Virus record (IMG/VR): IMGVR_UViG_3300033120_000623
Coordinates: 8,012-72,011 of that record
Source: a virus
Strand: one strand, 5' to 3'
Length of the DNA: 64,000 nt
Below, one piece after another: positions 1 through 9,726 of the stretch (position 1 is its first letter; each line of letters begins with the position of its first letter). A program made the translations under genes and the position numbers. The notes under the pieces are model-generated. The model saw only the letters and a program-made list of their open reading frames with translations, made no database searches and was not told the origin of the DNA.

Positions 1-11
1 TTGGCGACGAC

Positions 12-614
12 ATGTGGACCAACGCTGTCTCTGCCACGACCTTCTCTAAGGAAATGGACAAGCTCCCCGCTTCTGTAAAAGAAATCACATTACGACTTAA
101 CTCACCGGGCGGGAGTGTCTTTGACGGCATGACCATTTACAACCGCCTCAAACAATCTAAAGCCAAAATCACCGTGCGCATCGACGGCCTTGCTGCCTCG
201 ATTGCTTCGATCATCGCCTTAGCTGGCGACGAGATCATCATGGGAGAAGGCTCCTTCATCATGATCCACAAACCGTGGACTGGGCTATACGGCAACGCCG
301 ACGAACTTGATCACACTGCAAGAACACTCGACCAACTCGAAGAACAAATGCTCGGCATTTATTCACGCAAAACAAAAATTGATCGCGAAGAACTGCGCAC
401 GATGTTGCGTAAAGAAGTTTGGATCAATGCTGAAGACGCTGTGAAAAATGGTTGGGCAAATAAAATCGAGGGCGGTCTTCCTATCGCGGCTTCTTTGCTG
501 AACCGTGCTTGGTTGAACAAAGCTCCACGCGACATCATCGGTATTCCCGAAGTTGTTAAGACGGAACTTGAAGCAGCTCAAGCAAAGATCAATTCAATTT
601 TAAATAAAAAATAA
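12..614 (+). CDS. ClpP-family prohead (head maturation) protease; ORF open to the window edge, so possibly 5'-partial
   Basis: Ser in ...GLAASIASII... and His in ...IMIHKPW... sit in ClpP-like catalytic contexts. The ORF lies directly upstream of the capsid gene. There is no in-frame stop upstream of the first ATG. Confidence 0.8.
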   Translation: MWTNAVSATTFSKEMDKLPASVKEITLRLNSPGGSVFDGMTIYNRLKQSKAKITVRIDGLAASIASIIALAGDEIIMGEGSFIMIHKPWTGLYGNADELDHTARTLDQLEEQMLGIYSRKTKIDREELRTMLRKEVWINAEDAVKNGWANKIEGGLPIAASLLNRAWLNKAPRDIIGIPEVVKTELEAAQAKINSILNKK

Positions 615-677
615 TTTTTGAGGAAATTTTAGCTCACACATGTGCAGCGGCCTCTTAACACACAGGAGAATTACAAT

Positions 678-1949
678 ATGGATCGTATTGCAGAATTAAA
701 GGCGAGACTGGCAGCTATCGGTGTTGAACTTGGCGGCTTCTCAGCAGCAGCTACAACTCCGGAACTTTTGGCATCAATGGAAGCATTGATCACTGAGTCC
801 GAAAACATTTCCCGCGAGCTTGAAGCTTTAGAGAAAAAAGAAGAAATTCTTAATCGTCTAAAAGCGTCTCAAGGTCGTAAAACAACTCCAGCACCTTTGG
901 GCACTCCTGCTGCTCCAGCGCCTGCTGCATCTGCAAAAGATAAATTCGGCGGCTTTGAATCTTCTGGTGGTTTCTTGATGGCAGTTCGCGCTGCTGCTGG
1001 CGGCCAGATCCATGAGAACTTCAAAAACGTTATGTACGAGAAAAATGCTGAAGACGGTGGTTACCTAGTTCCGGAAGATATCTCTAACGAGATCATCAAA
1101 AAATTGGCGACTGATGGCGAATCTCTTTACGCTAAAACTCGTCAGTTCAAAGTTTCTGGAAATGGTTTGTCACTTCCTATCGACGAAGCACAACCATGGA
1201 ACATGGGTATCCAAGCTTATTGGGTTGATGAAGGCGAACAGCTTACTGAAACTAAAAACAAATTGGGTCGTGCTCACTGGCGCTTGAAAAAAGTTGGCGC
1301 TCTTGTGAAGTTGACTGACGAAATGTTGGAAGACGCAGTAGCTATCGAATCTTACATCAAGATCGCGGCTCCTGAAGCAATCATGCACAAGATCAACGAA
1401 GCGATCTTGACTGGTGATGGCGCTGGTAAACCTTTCGGTTTGTTGAACTCTGCGTTCACTGTGACTGTTCCAAAAGAAACGTCTCAGTTGGCAGACACTA
1501 TCGTAGCTCGTAACGTTATCAACATGTACACGCGCATGATCCCTGCTGCACGTGCTGGCGCCGAGTGGTTGGTTCACGCCGCTGCTGAGTCTCAATTGTT
1601 GACGATGAAAGATGACAACGACAACTTCATCTACTTGGCTCCTGGTTCACAAATGAATCAAAGCCCGTACGGTGTTTTGCTGGGTCGTCCAGTACGTGTT
1701 ATGATGTCTTGCCTTCCAACTCTTGGAGACGCTGGCGATATCATCTTCGCGAATCTTTCTTACTACTACACAATCGCTAAAGCGGGCATCAAGTCTGCTT
1801 CTTCTATCCACTTACACTTTGATCGCGAGATCACAGCGTTCCGTTTCACTATGAGAATTGACGGTTCAGTTCCGTTCAAAACTCCGGTGACTACTCAGTA
1901 CGGAAACTACCAAATGTCAGCATTCGTTAAGCTTGCTGATCGCGCGTAG
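678..1949 (+). CDS. Major capsid protein, HK97 fold, with N-terminal coiled-coil delta (scaffold-like) domain
   Basis: 424 aa ORF after the protease. An AGGAGA RBS lies 7 nt before the ATG at 678; the ORF track starts at GTG 642. The N-terminus is a charged coiled coil (MDRIAELKARL...LEALEKKEEIL) and the remainder looks like an HK97-family MCP. Confidence 0.75.
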   Translation: MDRIAELKARLAAIGVELGGFSAAATTPELLASMEALITESENISRELEALEKKEEILNRLKASQGRKTTPAPLGTPAAPAPAASAKDKFGGFESSGGFLMAVRAAAGGQIHENFKNVMYEKNAEDGGYLVPEDISNEIIKKLATDGESLYAKTRQFKVSGNGLSLPIDEAQPWNMGIQAYWVDEGEQLTETKNKLGRAHWRLKKVGALVKLTDEMLEDAVAIESYIKIAAPEAIMHKINEAILTGDGAGKPFGLLNSAFTVTVPKETSQLADTIVARNVINMYTRMIPAARAGAEWLVHAAAESQLLTMKDDNDNFIYLAPGSQMNQSPYGVLLGRPVRVMMSCLPTLGDAGDIIFANLSYYYTIAKAGIKSASSIHLHFDREITAFRFTMRIDGSVPFKTPVTTQYGNYQMSAFVKLADRA

Positions 1950-1960
1950 TTAGTAGCGGA

Positions 1961-1990
1961 TTCATAAATCGGAGGCCCCAATGTCGGGGC
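1961..1990 (+). terminator. GC stem-loop after capsid gene (gaGGCCCC-aatgtc-GGGGCttc); weak or partial terminator or attenuator
   Basis: 8-bp stem with one G-U pair and no clear U-tract. Placement after a highly expressed gene. Confidence 0.3.
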
Positions 1991-2015
1991 TTCCAACCTT
2001 TAGGAGAATAAATAT

Positions 2016-2498
2016 ATGCAAGGCTTTCTATTAGAAAATTTGAACGCAAAAATCGCATTCGGTGTTACTGCCGTTGCTGCTGCGGCGGCTACTGGTGAAC
2101 GTATCAACGTAAAAGAAAACGGTCGTGTGACATTCTTCCTTATCGCTGGCGGCTCTACAGGCGCTGACGTTAAGGTGAATTTGTTGCAGCATAACGCTGC
2201 TACATCAGGCACTTCAAAAGTTCTTCCGATCATGAACAAGTACTTCGTTAAAGCTGGCGCAGCTACAGTGTTCACACAAACTGAACCAACTGCTGATGCA
2301 TCAACTATTGAGCTTACTGCTCTTGACGATGCTGCTGGTTTGGTTGCCATCGAAGTTCGCGCTGAAGACCTTGACGTGAACAACGGCTTCGCATGGATGT
2401 CTTGTGATGTACCTATCGCAGGCCAAGCGAAAAACGTTGTCGGCCTTTACATCGCTGGCGATTGCCGCACGTTGCCTCCGTACAACGTAGGCGTTTAG
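2016..2498 (+). CDS. Hypothetical head-associated protein (Ala/Gly/Thr-rich; possible decoration protein)
   Basis: Strong RBS (TAGGAGAAT). Lies between the capsid and portal genes. Followed by a terminator. Confidence 0.5.
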   Translation: MQGFLLENLNAKIAFGVTAVAAAAATGERINVKENGRVTFFLIAGGSTGADVKVNLLQHNAATSGTSKVLPIMNKYFVKAGAATVFTQTEPTADASTIELTALDDAAGLVAIEVRAEDLDVNNGFAWMSCDVPIAGQAKNVVGLYIAGDCRTLPPYNVGV

Positions 2499-2523
2499 TT
2501 TCCAAAATTTTAATAATGTTTCA

Positions 2524-2549
2524 AAGGGGCCTTTGCGCCCCTTCTTTTT
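2524..2549 (+). terminator. Rho-independent terminator
   Basis: aaGGGGC-ctttgc-GCCCCtt stem followed by CTTTTT. Confidence 0.6.
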
Positions 2550-2564
2550 GACCAAGGAGAATGT

Positions 2565-2810
2565 ATGAGTGCTAAAGCAGTAAAAATGGTTTTCCCAGAA
2601 GACAAATTTGTAGATAACGAGATCTTCGCTAAAAAAGGCGTTCCAGTTCTTGTGCAGCCGGGTTCAATCCAACGTTGGTTGATTCGTGGTGGTGTGATTG
2701 TTGAGCCAGTAGTTGCTGACGGTGCTGCTGTTGAAGGCGGTTCTGAAGGTGGAGAAAAAGGCGAAGGCGCTAAAGTAGCCCCACAAGGTGGAAAGAAAAC
2801 AGACAAATAA
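2565..2810 (+). CDS. Small hypothetical protein with Gly-rich C-terminus
   Basis: AAGGAGA RBS; 81 aa ORF. Confidence 0.4.
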   Translation: MSAKAVKMVFPEDKFVDNEIFAKKGVPVLVQPGSIQRWLIRGGVIVEPVVADGAAVEGGSEGGEKGEGAKVAPQGGKKTDK

Positions 2811-2853
2811 TTTCTTTTCGTCCTGAGTAACCTAATCCACGGGGAGCACTAGC

Positions 2854-4158
2854 ATGGGATTTCTTTCTAAGTTTTTTAATCGACAAACAAAACCAGACAG
2901 TGTCTCTGAAGCTCCCTACGGATTTTCTTTCTTAGGTGGAATCTTAGTAACGGAAGAAACCGCGATGAGAGCTTCGGCTTGGTATCGCGGCGTAATCTAC
3001 CTCTCTGGCCAGTTAGCTAAACTTCCAATCAATGTAAAAGCAAAAGACAATTCAATCCTCGACAACCACAGGATTTCTTTTCTTCTAAACGTTCGCCCGA
3101 ATCCTGAAGTGAATGCGAACAACTTTAAACGTACCCTCTTCCAAGACGCCATCAATCGCGGTAATGCTTACGCAGAGATCGAACGCGACGGAGCATACCG
3201 ACCTATTGCTCTTTGGTATCTTGATGCAAGACGTGTACAACCTTTCCGCAATGAGAACGGACAACTTCGCTACCGTGTAAGCGGTGGAAGTTCTTTTGCT
3301 CAAGGCGGATCAAACTCTTCTAGCTATGAAACTATTCTCACCCCAAATGACATATTCCATTTGCCAAATATTCACATCGTTGACGGCATCGTGGGACAAA
3401 GCCCTGTTGAGTGGGCTGCTCGAACACTGGGAATTACTATCGGTGCAGACCGCATGGCTGGTTCTCTTTTCAATAACAATGGTCTACCTTCTGGAGTCCT
3501 AAAAACTCCTAACAGACTTTCTGATGAAGCCTACGCACGTGTTAAAAAATCTTGGAAGGAACAACACAGCGGAGAAAAATCCGGTGGCGTTGCTATCCTT
3601 GAAGAAGGCTTGGTGTTTGAAGCAATCAACATGGACCCTCAGATGTTGCAAATGCTTGAGACAAGAAAATTCGGCGTGCTTGAAATGGCCCGCTACTTGG
3701 GCATTCATCCGAACAAGTTATACGATACGTCTAACTCCACGTACAACAACATGGAGAATGCCAACCTTGAAACTGTCACAGATAGCTTAGACATTTGGGC
3801 AACCAACTTTGAATCTGAAGCTGACTGTAAATTGTTGAACGACTGTTACGGCGGAAACTATCTAAGCTTTGACTTCAGATATCTTTCTCGCGGTGACATG
3901 AAAACTCGTGGTCAGTTCTACAAAGACATGCAAGGCGTGGGAGCTTACTCACCGAACGAGATTAGAAATCTTGAAGGTGATGCACCTTACGAAGGCGGCG
4001 ACGACAGATACATTTCTTCTAACAACATGACTCCAACCGATATGGTCCGAGAATCGGTAGAAGCACAAATAAAGAAAAATAACACTCCGGCGGCTCCTGC
4101 TAAAGAAGCTGACCCAGTAGCAAAGGCCCTAGTTGATCATTTGACTCGAGGCACTTAG
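2854..4158 (+). CDS. Portal protein, HK97 family
   Basis: 434 aa. Blocks ...AWYRGVIYLSGQLAKLP... and ...GNAYAEIERDG...ALWYL... plus ...VAILEEGLVFEAI...LETRKF... match conserved HK97-family portal regions. GGGGAG RBS. Confidence 0.8.
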   Translation: MGFLSKFFNRQTKPDSVSEAPYGFSFLGGILVTEETAMRASAWYRGVIYLSGQLAKLPINVKAKDNSILDNHRISFLLNVRPNPEVNANNFKRTLFQDAINRGNAYAEIERDGAYRPIALWYLDARRVQPFRNENGQLRYRVSGGSSFAQGGSNSSSYETILTPNDIFHLPNIHIVDGIVGQSPVEWAARTLGITIGADRMAGSLFNNNGLPSGVLKTPNRLSDEAYARVKKSWKEQHSGEKSGGVAILEEGLVFEAINMDPQMLQMLETRKFGVLEMARYLGIHPNKLYDTSNSTYNNMENANLETVTDSLDIWATNFESEADCKLLNDCYGGNYLSFDFRYLSRGDMKTRGQFYKDMQGVGAYSPNEIRNLEGDAPYEGGDDRYISSNNMTPTDMVRESVEAQIKKNNTPAAPAKEADPVAKALVDHLTRGT

Positions 4159-6242
4159 TGGATAGTTCTCAACTTGTAGCTTTACTCATGCTTCACATCG
4201 AAAAGGAGTTGGCGAAGATCGCCGACACTCGTGCGTTGCGTGGGAAGCCAGGTCTTCCGGGATCTCCGGGAGTGGATGGCAAAAGCTTCGTCATGAGCGA
4301 GCACGAAGAAACAATCCGTTCTTGGATTGCTTCTCTTGTTCCAACGTTTGAATCACTCACTGAAGATCAACAAGAATTGCTCCGTGGCCTTCCCGGCAAA
4401 CCAGGTAAGCCAGGTACGCCGGGAACAAACGGTAAAGACTTTTCTTTTGAAGATAACAAAGAAAATATTCTTGGCCTTATCGCTCCCCTTGTTCCAACGT
4501 TTGAAAGCTTCACACCTGAACAACGTGCGGAGCTTCGTGGCCTTCCAGGTAAGCCAGGTCTCCCAGGTAAAGACGGTGTTGACGGGGTCAATGGTTTAAA
4601 CGGTAAGGACTTCTCTATCGAGGAGCACGGACCAGTTATCGAACGTTGGATTCGTGACACTGCTTTAAAATTCTCCGATCTAACTGCTGATGAGCGTGAA
4701 GCGATTCGTGGCCTTCCAGGTAAACCAGGAAAAGATTTTTCCATGGAAGAGCACGGAGAAACTATTCGTGCGTGGGTTGAAGAGCTTGCACTTACTTTTG
4801 AGAAATTAACTCCGGATCAAAAAGCAGAGCTTCGCGGTATGCCAGGTAGGCCAGGTCTTCCCGGCAGAGATTTTATTTTTGAAGATCACGAAGAGCCGAT
4901 CACAAATATTCTTTCTAAAATTATCAACGACAACATGGCTGGGCTTAAACTCCGCTTTGAAGATCTTGATGAAAACGATAAGGCAGAACTTCAAGGCAAG
5001 CCAGGCAAGCCAGGGGCTCCCGGCAAAGACTTTTCTTTTGAAGAGAGCCGCGAAGAAATCGAAGGCATTTTAAAATCTGCCTTTGAAGAGAAACTAGATT
5101 TACTAAAATTAAAATTCCAAGACCTTACCGAAGAGGACAAAGATTCTCTTCGTTTAAAGTTTGATGATTTCACTGATGCACAGATTGAAAAGATTCGTGG
5201 CTTCCGTGGAAAGCCTGGGCAACGTGGTAAAGCCGGACCTCCAGGTATCGACGGCAAAGACGGAATAAATGGTTTGAACGGTAAGCCAGGTCTTCCGGGT
5301 ATGCGCGGAGAAAGAGGCTTGCCTGGATTCAACGGATTCGATGGAGCTCCTGGGGCACCGGGACTAAATGCTCCAGCTATTATTGATGTGGTTTTGAAGG
5401 AAGGTAAAGATTATTTCTACTTCGTTTTCGTTTTCGATAACGGGGCAGAAATCTCTACCAATCACATCGACAGACCTTTATCAAAAATTATTGAAACCTA
5501 CGTTGTGGGAGGTTGGTCGGGTGGCGGAGGAAAAGGTGGGGGAAGCGGATCTCTCACAATTTCTGATTCCACTTCAGCTTACACGAACGTCAAAGAACTA
5601 CAGTTCGATTCCGAATACTTTGAACTAACTCCTGACGGAGACAAGGTTACTGTCCGCCTTGCGGATAATGTAGGAAAGACAACTGTACTTCACGACGGGG
5701 TAGAAATTGGCCTTACGGATAAGGTTAATTTCACGGGCAACGTAGAAGTTTCTATTGATGCAATTGACGGCACAGTAACCGTAAATGTTCCTGAGGAGCC
5801 AAACCCTCACGTGCTTCACGACTATACGTGCGACACTGATGTTTTCATCGGCGCTGTTGTTCATTTGTACGACGGACTTATTCCTGTTGTTGTCGGCGAG
5901 TGGGACCCAGTATCGGATGAAGATCCAATCATGTCTTTCAAAAATACTCCGCAGTGTGCTCTGGCCGATGCATCTATCACAACTAAATCTCGCCCGGCTG
6001 GAATCGTGATCAGTAAGAGCAGTCCAACTAGATGCGATATTTTAACTTGTGGAATTACCGAAGCTTTATTCACGGGCCTAGATCCGAACCTGGACTATTT
6101 CTTAAGTGGAACTGTTCCGGGAACTTTTGTTTCTGAGAATGATCTAGATCTTGTTTCAACAAATTGGAAAGTAAGAGTTGGCTCACCAGCTTCCGAGTTC
6201 AAATTTATTTTCAATAGGGGAGACCGCACGCAAGTGGTCTAA
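4158..6242 (+). CDS. Modular collagen-like fibre protein (putative head or neck fibre) with non-collagenous C-terminal domain
   Basis: About six repeats of a roughly 40-aa unit (DFSFEE..I..WI..L..FE.LT.EQ.AELRG) alternate with G-X-Y triplets (GLPGKPGKPGTPG...). The last 300 aa are non-repetitive. GTG start overlaps the portal stop; an alternative ATG lies at 4188. Confidence 0.75.
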   Translation: MDSSQLVALLMLHIEKELAKIADTRALRGKPGLPGSPGVDGKSFVMSEHEETIRSWIASLVPTFESLTEDQQELLRGLPGKPGKPGTPGTNGKDFSFEDNKENILGLIAPLVPTFESFTPEQRAELRGLPGKPGLPGKDGVDGVNGLNGKDFSIEEHGPVIERWIRDTALKFSDLTADEREAIRGLPGKPGKDFSMEEHGETIRAWVEELALTFEKLTPDQKAELRGMPGRPGLPGRDFIFEDHEEPITNILSKIINDNMAGLKLRFEDLDENDKAELQGKPGKPGAPGKDFSFEESREEIEGILKSAFEEKLDLLKLKFQDLTEEDKDSLRLKFDDFTDAQIEKIRGFRGKPGQRGKAGPPGIDGKDGINGLNGKPGLPGMRGERGLPGFNGFDGAPGAPGLNAPAIIDVVLKEGKDYFYFVFVFDNGAEISTNHIDRPLSKIIETYVVGGWSGGGGKGGGSGSLTISDSTSAYTNVKELQFDSEYFELTPDGDKVTVRLADNVGKTTVLHDGVEIGLTDKVNFTGNVEVSIDAIDGTVTVNVPEEPNPHVLHDYTCDTDVFIGAVVHLYDGLIPVVVGEWDPVSDEDPIMSFKNTPQCALADASITTKSRPAGIVISKSSPTRCDILTCGITEALFTGLDPNLDYFLSGTVPGTFVSENDLDLVSTNWKVRVGSPASEFKFIFNRGDRTQVV

Positions 6243-6251
6243 GGAGAATTT

Positions 6252-6878
6252 ATGTTAGTGTCTCTTGCAGAAATTAAAGCTTACTTAGGGATAGATCCCA
6301 GCGACACAACTCAAGATGCGTTTCTTACTCTTCGTGGGCAAGTAACGTCTGATGCCGTTGAGCTTTACTGTGCTCGTGTGTTCACGGCTGCTGACTACGT
6401 TGAAACGATGTACGCCGATGACTATCCAATGGATAAAGAAATGAAGTTGTATCAGTACCCGGTGAACTCTATTGCGAGCATCACGCTTAGCACGGTTCCA
6501 CTTACTGATTACCGCGTGGCTAAAGAGTACGGAATAATCACAAGACTTTGCGGCTGGTTTAATTGCAGCCGTGATGTTTTGGTTGTTACGTACAACGCTG
6601 GTTACACAACTATCCCGGCGATCATTCAAAGCGTGATCTTGCAAATTGTTGAAGGTGACTACAACAAAAAGAAAGCTGGCATTGACGTTAACTTCGGCAA
6701 CGACGTTCAACGTATTTCCGTTCCGGGTGTTGTTGCTATCGACTTCGACTACAGCCTTGAGAACAACAATGCGTCTGCGACGATGGGATCTATCTTAGGA
6801 AACTACGTCAACCTTCTAACTCCGTTCCGTAGCGAAAGAGCTATCGTCGGAAATGGACACATTGCTTATGTTTCTTAA
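6252..6878 (+). CDS. Head-tail connector or adaptor, gp6-like (extended, 208 aa)
   Basis: The N-terminus MLVSLAEIKAYLGIDPSDTTQDAFL... resembles the conserved opening of gp6-like head-tail connector proteins. AAGGAG RBS. Confidence 0.55.
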   Translation: MLVSLAEIKAYLGIDPSDTTQDAFLTLRGQVTSDAVELYCARVFTAADYVETMYADDYPMDKEMKLYQYPVNSIASITLSTVPLTDYRVAKEYGIITRLCGWFNCSRDVLVVTYNAGYTTIPAIIQSVILQIVEGDYNKKKAGIDVNFGNDVQRISVPGVVAIDFDYSLENNNASATMGSILGNYVNLLTPFRSERAIVGNGHIAYVS

Positions 6879-7194
6879 GTCGGCGTTCAACGTACTTATT
6901 AATCTGAAAGGCGGGCTGTGGATTCCCTACAAGCCAGATGTTGCGCCGGGAACTGTGACAGTGAAAGTTGCGCAAGCAAATTCATTCACGGCTCCAGATG
7001 GCCCGGCGAACACGGTGTCTACAGGAAGAGAATACGTGTGCATGTACGATCCAGTAGTTGCGATTTTAGGCCGTGAACTAAAACGCGGCGACCGCTTTGT
7101 TAAAGGAACACAAATCATTATCGTGGATAAGGTTAAACCTCTTGAGGAACTCGGTGGCGTCGTCATAGGTTTCAGATTCTGGGTTCAATCATGA
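6853..7194 (+). CDS. Putative head closure or head-tail joining protein
   Basis: 113 aa. Position in the neck module. Overlaps neighbouring genes in the operon fashion. Confidence 0.4.
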   Translation: MDTLLMFLKSAFNVLINLKGGLWIPYKPDVAPGTVTVKVAQANSFTAPDGPANTVSTGREYVCMYDPVVAILGRELKRGDRFVKGTQIIIVDKVKPLEELGGVVIGFRFWVQS

Positions 7195-7985
7195 GTACAG
7201 CACATCGCTTTGAAGTTGAATTCAGTGTGAAAGAGAAAGGTCGTAGAAGACCAGAGTACACGCTTAAGTCTGACTTAAATGGCGAAGTGTCCCTTAAGGA
7301 TTATATCCAGTTCTGTAAAGACGTTCTGGTTTCAGTAGCAACAGATGCTTTGAAAGAAGAATTAGACAAAGGCTTCGCTAAAGATTTCAGCACGTTTGTA
7401 GATAGAAAAAGAAAGCCAGTAGAAAACGTACTTCCTTTCGGACGTATCGAGTTCGTGGCACCGCAAGCGAGCTTTAAAATCTTTACCGATACCTACGCTG
7501 CTTTGGTTGAGAGATCAAAGCGCGTGACGGGAAGATACGTAGAGTCTCACCAAGTTATGGTGAACAAGAAAATTGTAGCGACTAATGAAGCACAATTTAA
7601 AACTTGGTTGAACTCCGGTGTTGAGTTGAAGACCACGGACAAAGTTATGTTTGTGAACGTGGCACCTTACGCAAGAAAACTTGAGCGTAAAGGTATTACT
7701 AAAACATCTGGCAAAGTTCCAACAGAGAGAAGAGTTAAGTCGAAAGATAAGTTGCAACGTTCCGGCCCAACTATCGCGGCACCGAACGGGGTTTACTATC
7801 TAACGACTAAAGCGATGAAACGTAAGTACAAAAATAATCTGGGCATTCGCTTTACGTTCATGCCCGGCAGCGAGATCAATCTTTCAAAGAAGTTCGCGAA
7901 GGAAAGAACTCCGGGATCTAAGTCACGAACGTACTTGTACCCGGCGATCATTTTCTCTTTCAACGAATACGGAGGCGCGAAGTGA
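7191..7985 (+). CDS. Hypothetical neck or tail-completion protein
   Basis: 264 aa. ATGA overlap with the upstream gene. Confidence 0.45.
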   Translation: MSTAHRFEVEFSVKEKGRRRPEYTLKSDLNGEVSLKDYIQFCKDVLVSVATDALKEELDKGFAKDFSTFVDRKRKPVENVLPFGRIEFVAPQASFKIFTDTYAALVERSKRVTGRYVESHQVMVNKKIVATNEAQFKTWLNSGVELKTTDKVMFVNVAPYARKLERKGITKTSGKVPTERRVKSKDKLQRSGPTIAAPNGVYYLTTKAMKRKYKNNLGIRFTFMPGSEINLSKKFAKERTPGSKSRTYLYPAIIFSFNEYGGAK

Positions 7986-8443
7986 GTTCATTAGCAGTTA
8001 GAGATTCAGTGATGGCATTCCTCGCGGCTGAGTTTCCTTCAGAGAAACTTATCGACTTGTCTGCTGAGTACGATCAGTTCGACCAACTCATGGAAGCTTA
8101 CGGTCTTACGTTGAGTGATGATTGGTTGGGCATTCAGTTCGTTGGCGATGAAGAAGAACCAGTGGCTCTGTCTGCAAACAATGCAGAAGGCGGATACCGT
8201 GAGTACGGAAGTATCGCCATCCATTGTGTCACTCCAGCTTCAATGAATGGAAGACGCCCAATGCTTCAACGTGCGGAGAACATTCGTAAGAAACTTCGCG
8301 GCCAACGTTTGTCTGGAGGTGTGATGATCATGGAGTGCAATCCTGCGAACACAGAAGCAGGAGCCGCGATTCAGTTTGATTCTGGTTTTATGGGAGCAAC
8401 ATTTTTTACAACTTATTACATTGATATTAGCGCAACACCTTAA
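7982..8443 (+). CDS. Hypothetical protein (possible tail terminator)
   Basis: GTG start with GGAGG RBS overlapping the upstream stop. 153 aa. Lies just before the major tail gene. Confidence 0.4.
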   Translation: MSSLAVRDSVMAFLAAEFPSEKLIDLSAEYDQFDQLMEAYGLTLSDDWLGIQFVGDEEEPVALSANNAEGGYREYGSIAIHCVTPASMNGRRPMLQRAENIRKKLRGQRLSGGVMIMECNPANTEAGAAIQFDSGFMGATFFTTYYIDISATP

Positions 8444-8454
8444 GGAGGTAGTTC

Positions 8455-9648
8455 ATGAGTTCATCGAATCGCGTAAAAATCGCAGCAATTAAAGAGGTGT
8501 CGTACGGGGTAACTCCTGGCGCGGGAAACTTCTCCGATTGCCGTTACACGTCTGAGTCTTTATCCGGGACACCAGACACAACAGAGTCACAGCAAATTCG
8601 TACGGATCGTATGTCTTCTGGACAAGTCGTAACTGGCTTGGACGTAGGCGGCGATTTGAATTTCGAGTTGGCTAAAGAAACTCCATTAGAAGACTTCATG
8701 GCTTCGGCTATGTTCTCTGCGTGGAACGTGCAAGCTCCAACTACTCGCGACTTAGAAGTAGATGCTACTGCTAAGAAAATCATCGCGACAACTGGAAGCT
8801 TCATCACTGACGGTTTCAAAAAAGGTGACTTCGCTAAACTTAGCACCATGGTTTCTGCGGCGAACAACGTTCGTTTGTTGATCACTTCAGTTTCTGCACT
8901 TGAGCTTGAGTACATCTCTGAGAATCCACTAGTAGATGAAACAAAAGTAAATGCAGTACTTACTCGCGCAGACAAGTTAACAATCGGCACAACACCTAGC
9001 TCTTTCTCTATCGAAAAGATCTTCACTGATCTAACGACTAAAGCGATTGACTACGTAGGTATGTTGGTTGGCGCGATGACGATCAATGCACAGTACGGAG
9101 AGTTGATGACTGGTTCATTTACTTTCGCTGGTAACGGCTACAAAGCTGTGGACCAAGCTGCTGACATGATGACGAATGGCCGCACGATCAATCCGGCTGC
9201 AACATCAGACACTATCAATGGTTCTATCGACATGCCTTTCTTGGCAACGTCTGCGACCACTGGTGTGTTGAGCGCCGATGACTTGTGTATCCAAACGGTT
9301 TCTATCGAGTTGGACAACAACCTTACTGATCTTACTTGTATCGGTAAAGCTGCTCCAGAGAACTACGATCCGGGAACTGCGGCGATCTCTGTCAGCTTGT
9401 CGACTTACCTTAAGGATTCATCTTGGTCACTTCTTCCTAAGAAGCTTACTCAAGAGCCGTTTGAACTAGCGTTCGCGGTGTTGAATTCTTACGGCGGTTA
9501 CGGGTTCTACATCCCAGCTTTACAAGCAAGCTTCGATGACCCTGCATCTGCTGGACAAAACCAACAGGTTTCTTTGGAACTTGAAGGTGTTGCTAAGGTT
9601 GGTCCAAACGGCGAAAGCGCATTAACGATCTACCGTCTTACAGTTTAA
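8455..9648 (+). CDS. Putative major tail protein
   Basis: AAGGAGG RBS. 397 aa. Followed by a terminator, then the chaperone and tape-measure genes. Confidence 0.55.
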   Translation: MSSSNRVKIAAIKEVSYGVTPGAGNFSDCRYTSESLSGTPDTTESQQIRTDRMSSGQVVTGLDVGGDLNFELAKETPLEDFMASAMFSAWNVQAPTTRDLEVDATAKKIIATTGSFITDGFKKGDFAKLSTMVSAANNVRLLITSVSALELEYISENPLVDETKVNAVLTRADKLTIGTTPSSFSIEKIFTDLTTKAIDYVGMLVGAMTINAQYGELMTGSFTFAGNGYKAVDQAADMMTNGRTINPAATSDTINGSIDMPFLATSATTGVLSADDLCIQTVSIELDNNLTDLTCIGKAAPENYDPGTAAISVSLSTYLKDSSWSLLPKKLTQEPFELAFAVLNSYGGYGFYIPALQASFDDPASAGQNQQVSLELEGVAKVGPNGESALTIYRLTV

Positions 9649-9660
9649 TTAATTTTAGGT

Positions 9661-9704
9661 CCGGCAATAACGCCGGATATTCGGGGCCTCGCAAGAGGCT
9701 CCAG
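9661..9704 (+). terminator. Tandem GC hairpins after major tail gene
   Basis: CCGGC-aataa-CGCCGG and GGGGCCTC-gcaa-GAGGCTCC. Weak U-tract. Confidence 0.4.
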
Positions 9705-9726
9705 TTTAACTTCCCTTGGAGGGATT

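Noticed and set aside
4327-5332. ORFs inside the collagen-like gene (4327..4599 +, 4367..4744 -, 4991..5332 -) and other antisense or embedded ORFs in large structural genes (for example 1170..1595 -, 11106..11540 -, 14592..15050 -, 18866..19150 -)
   Set aside because: They are embedded in, or antisense to, well-supported long genes. Repeat-driven open frames have no start signals.
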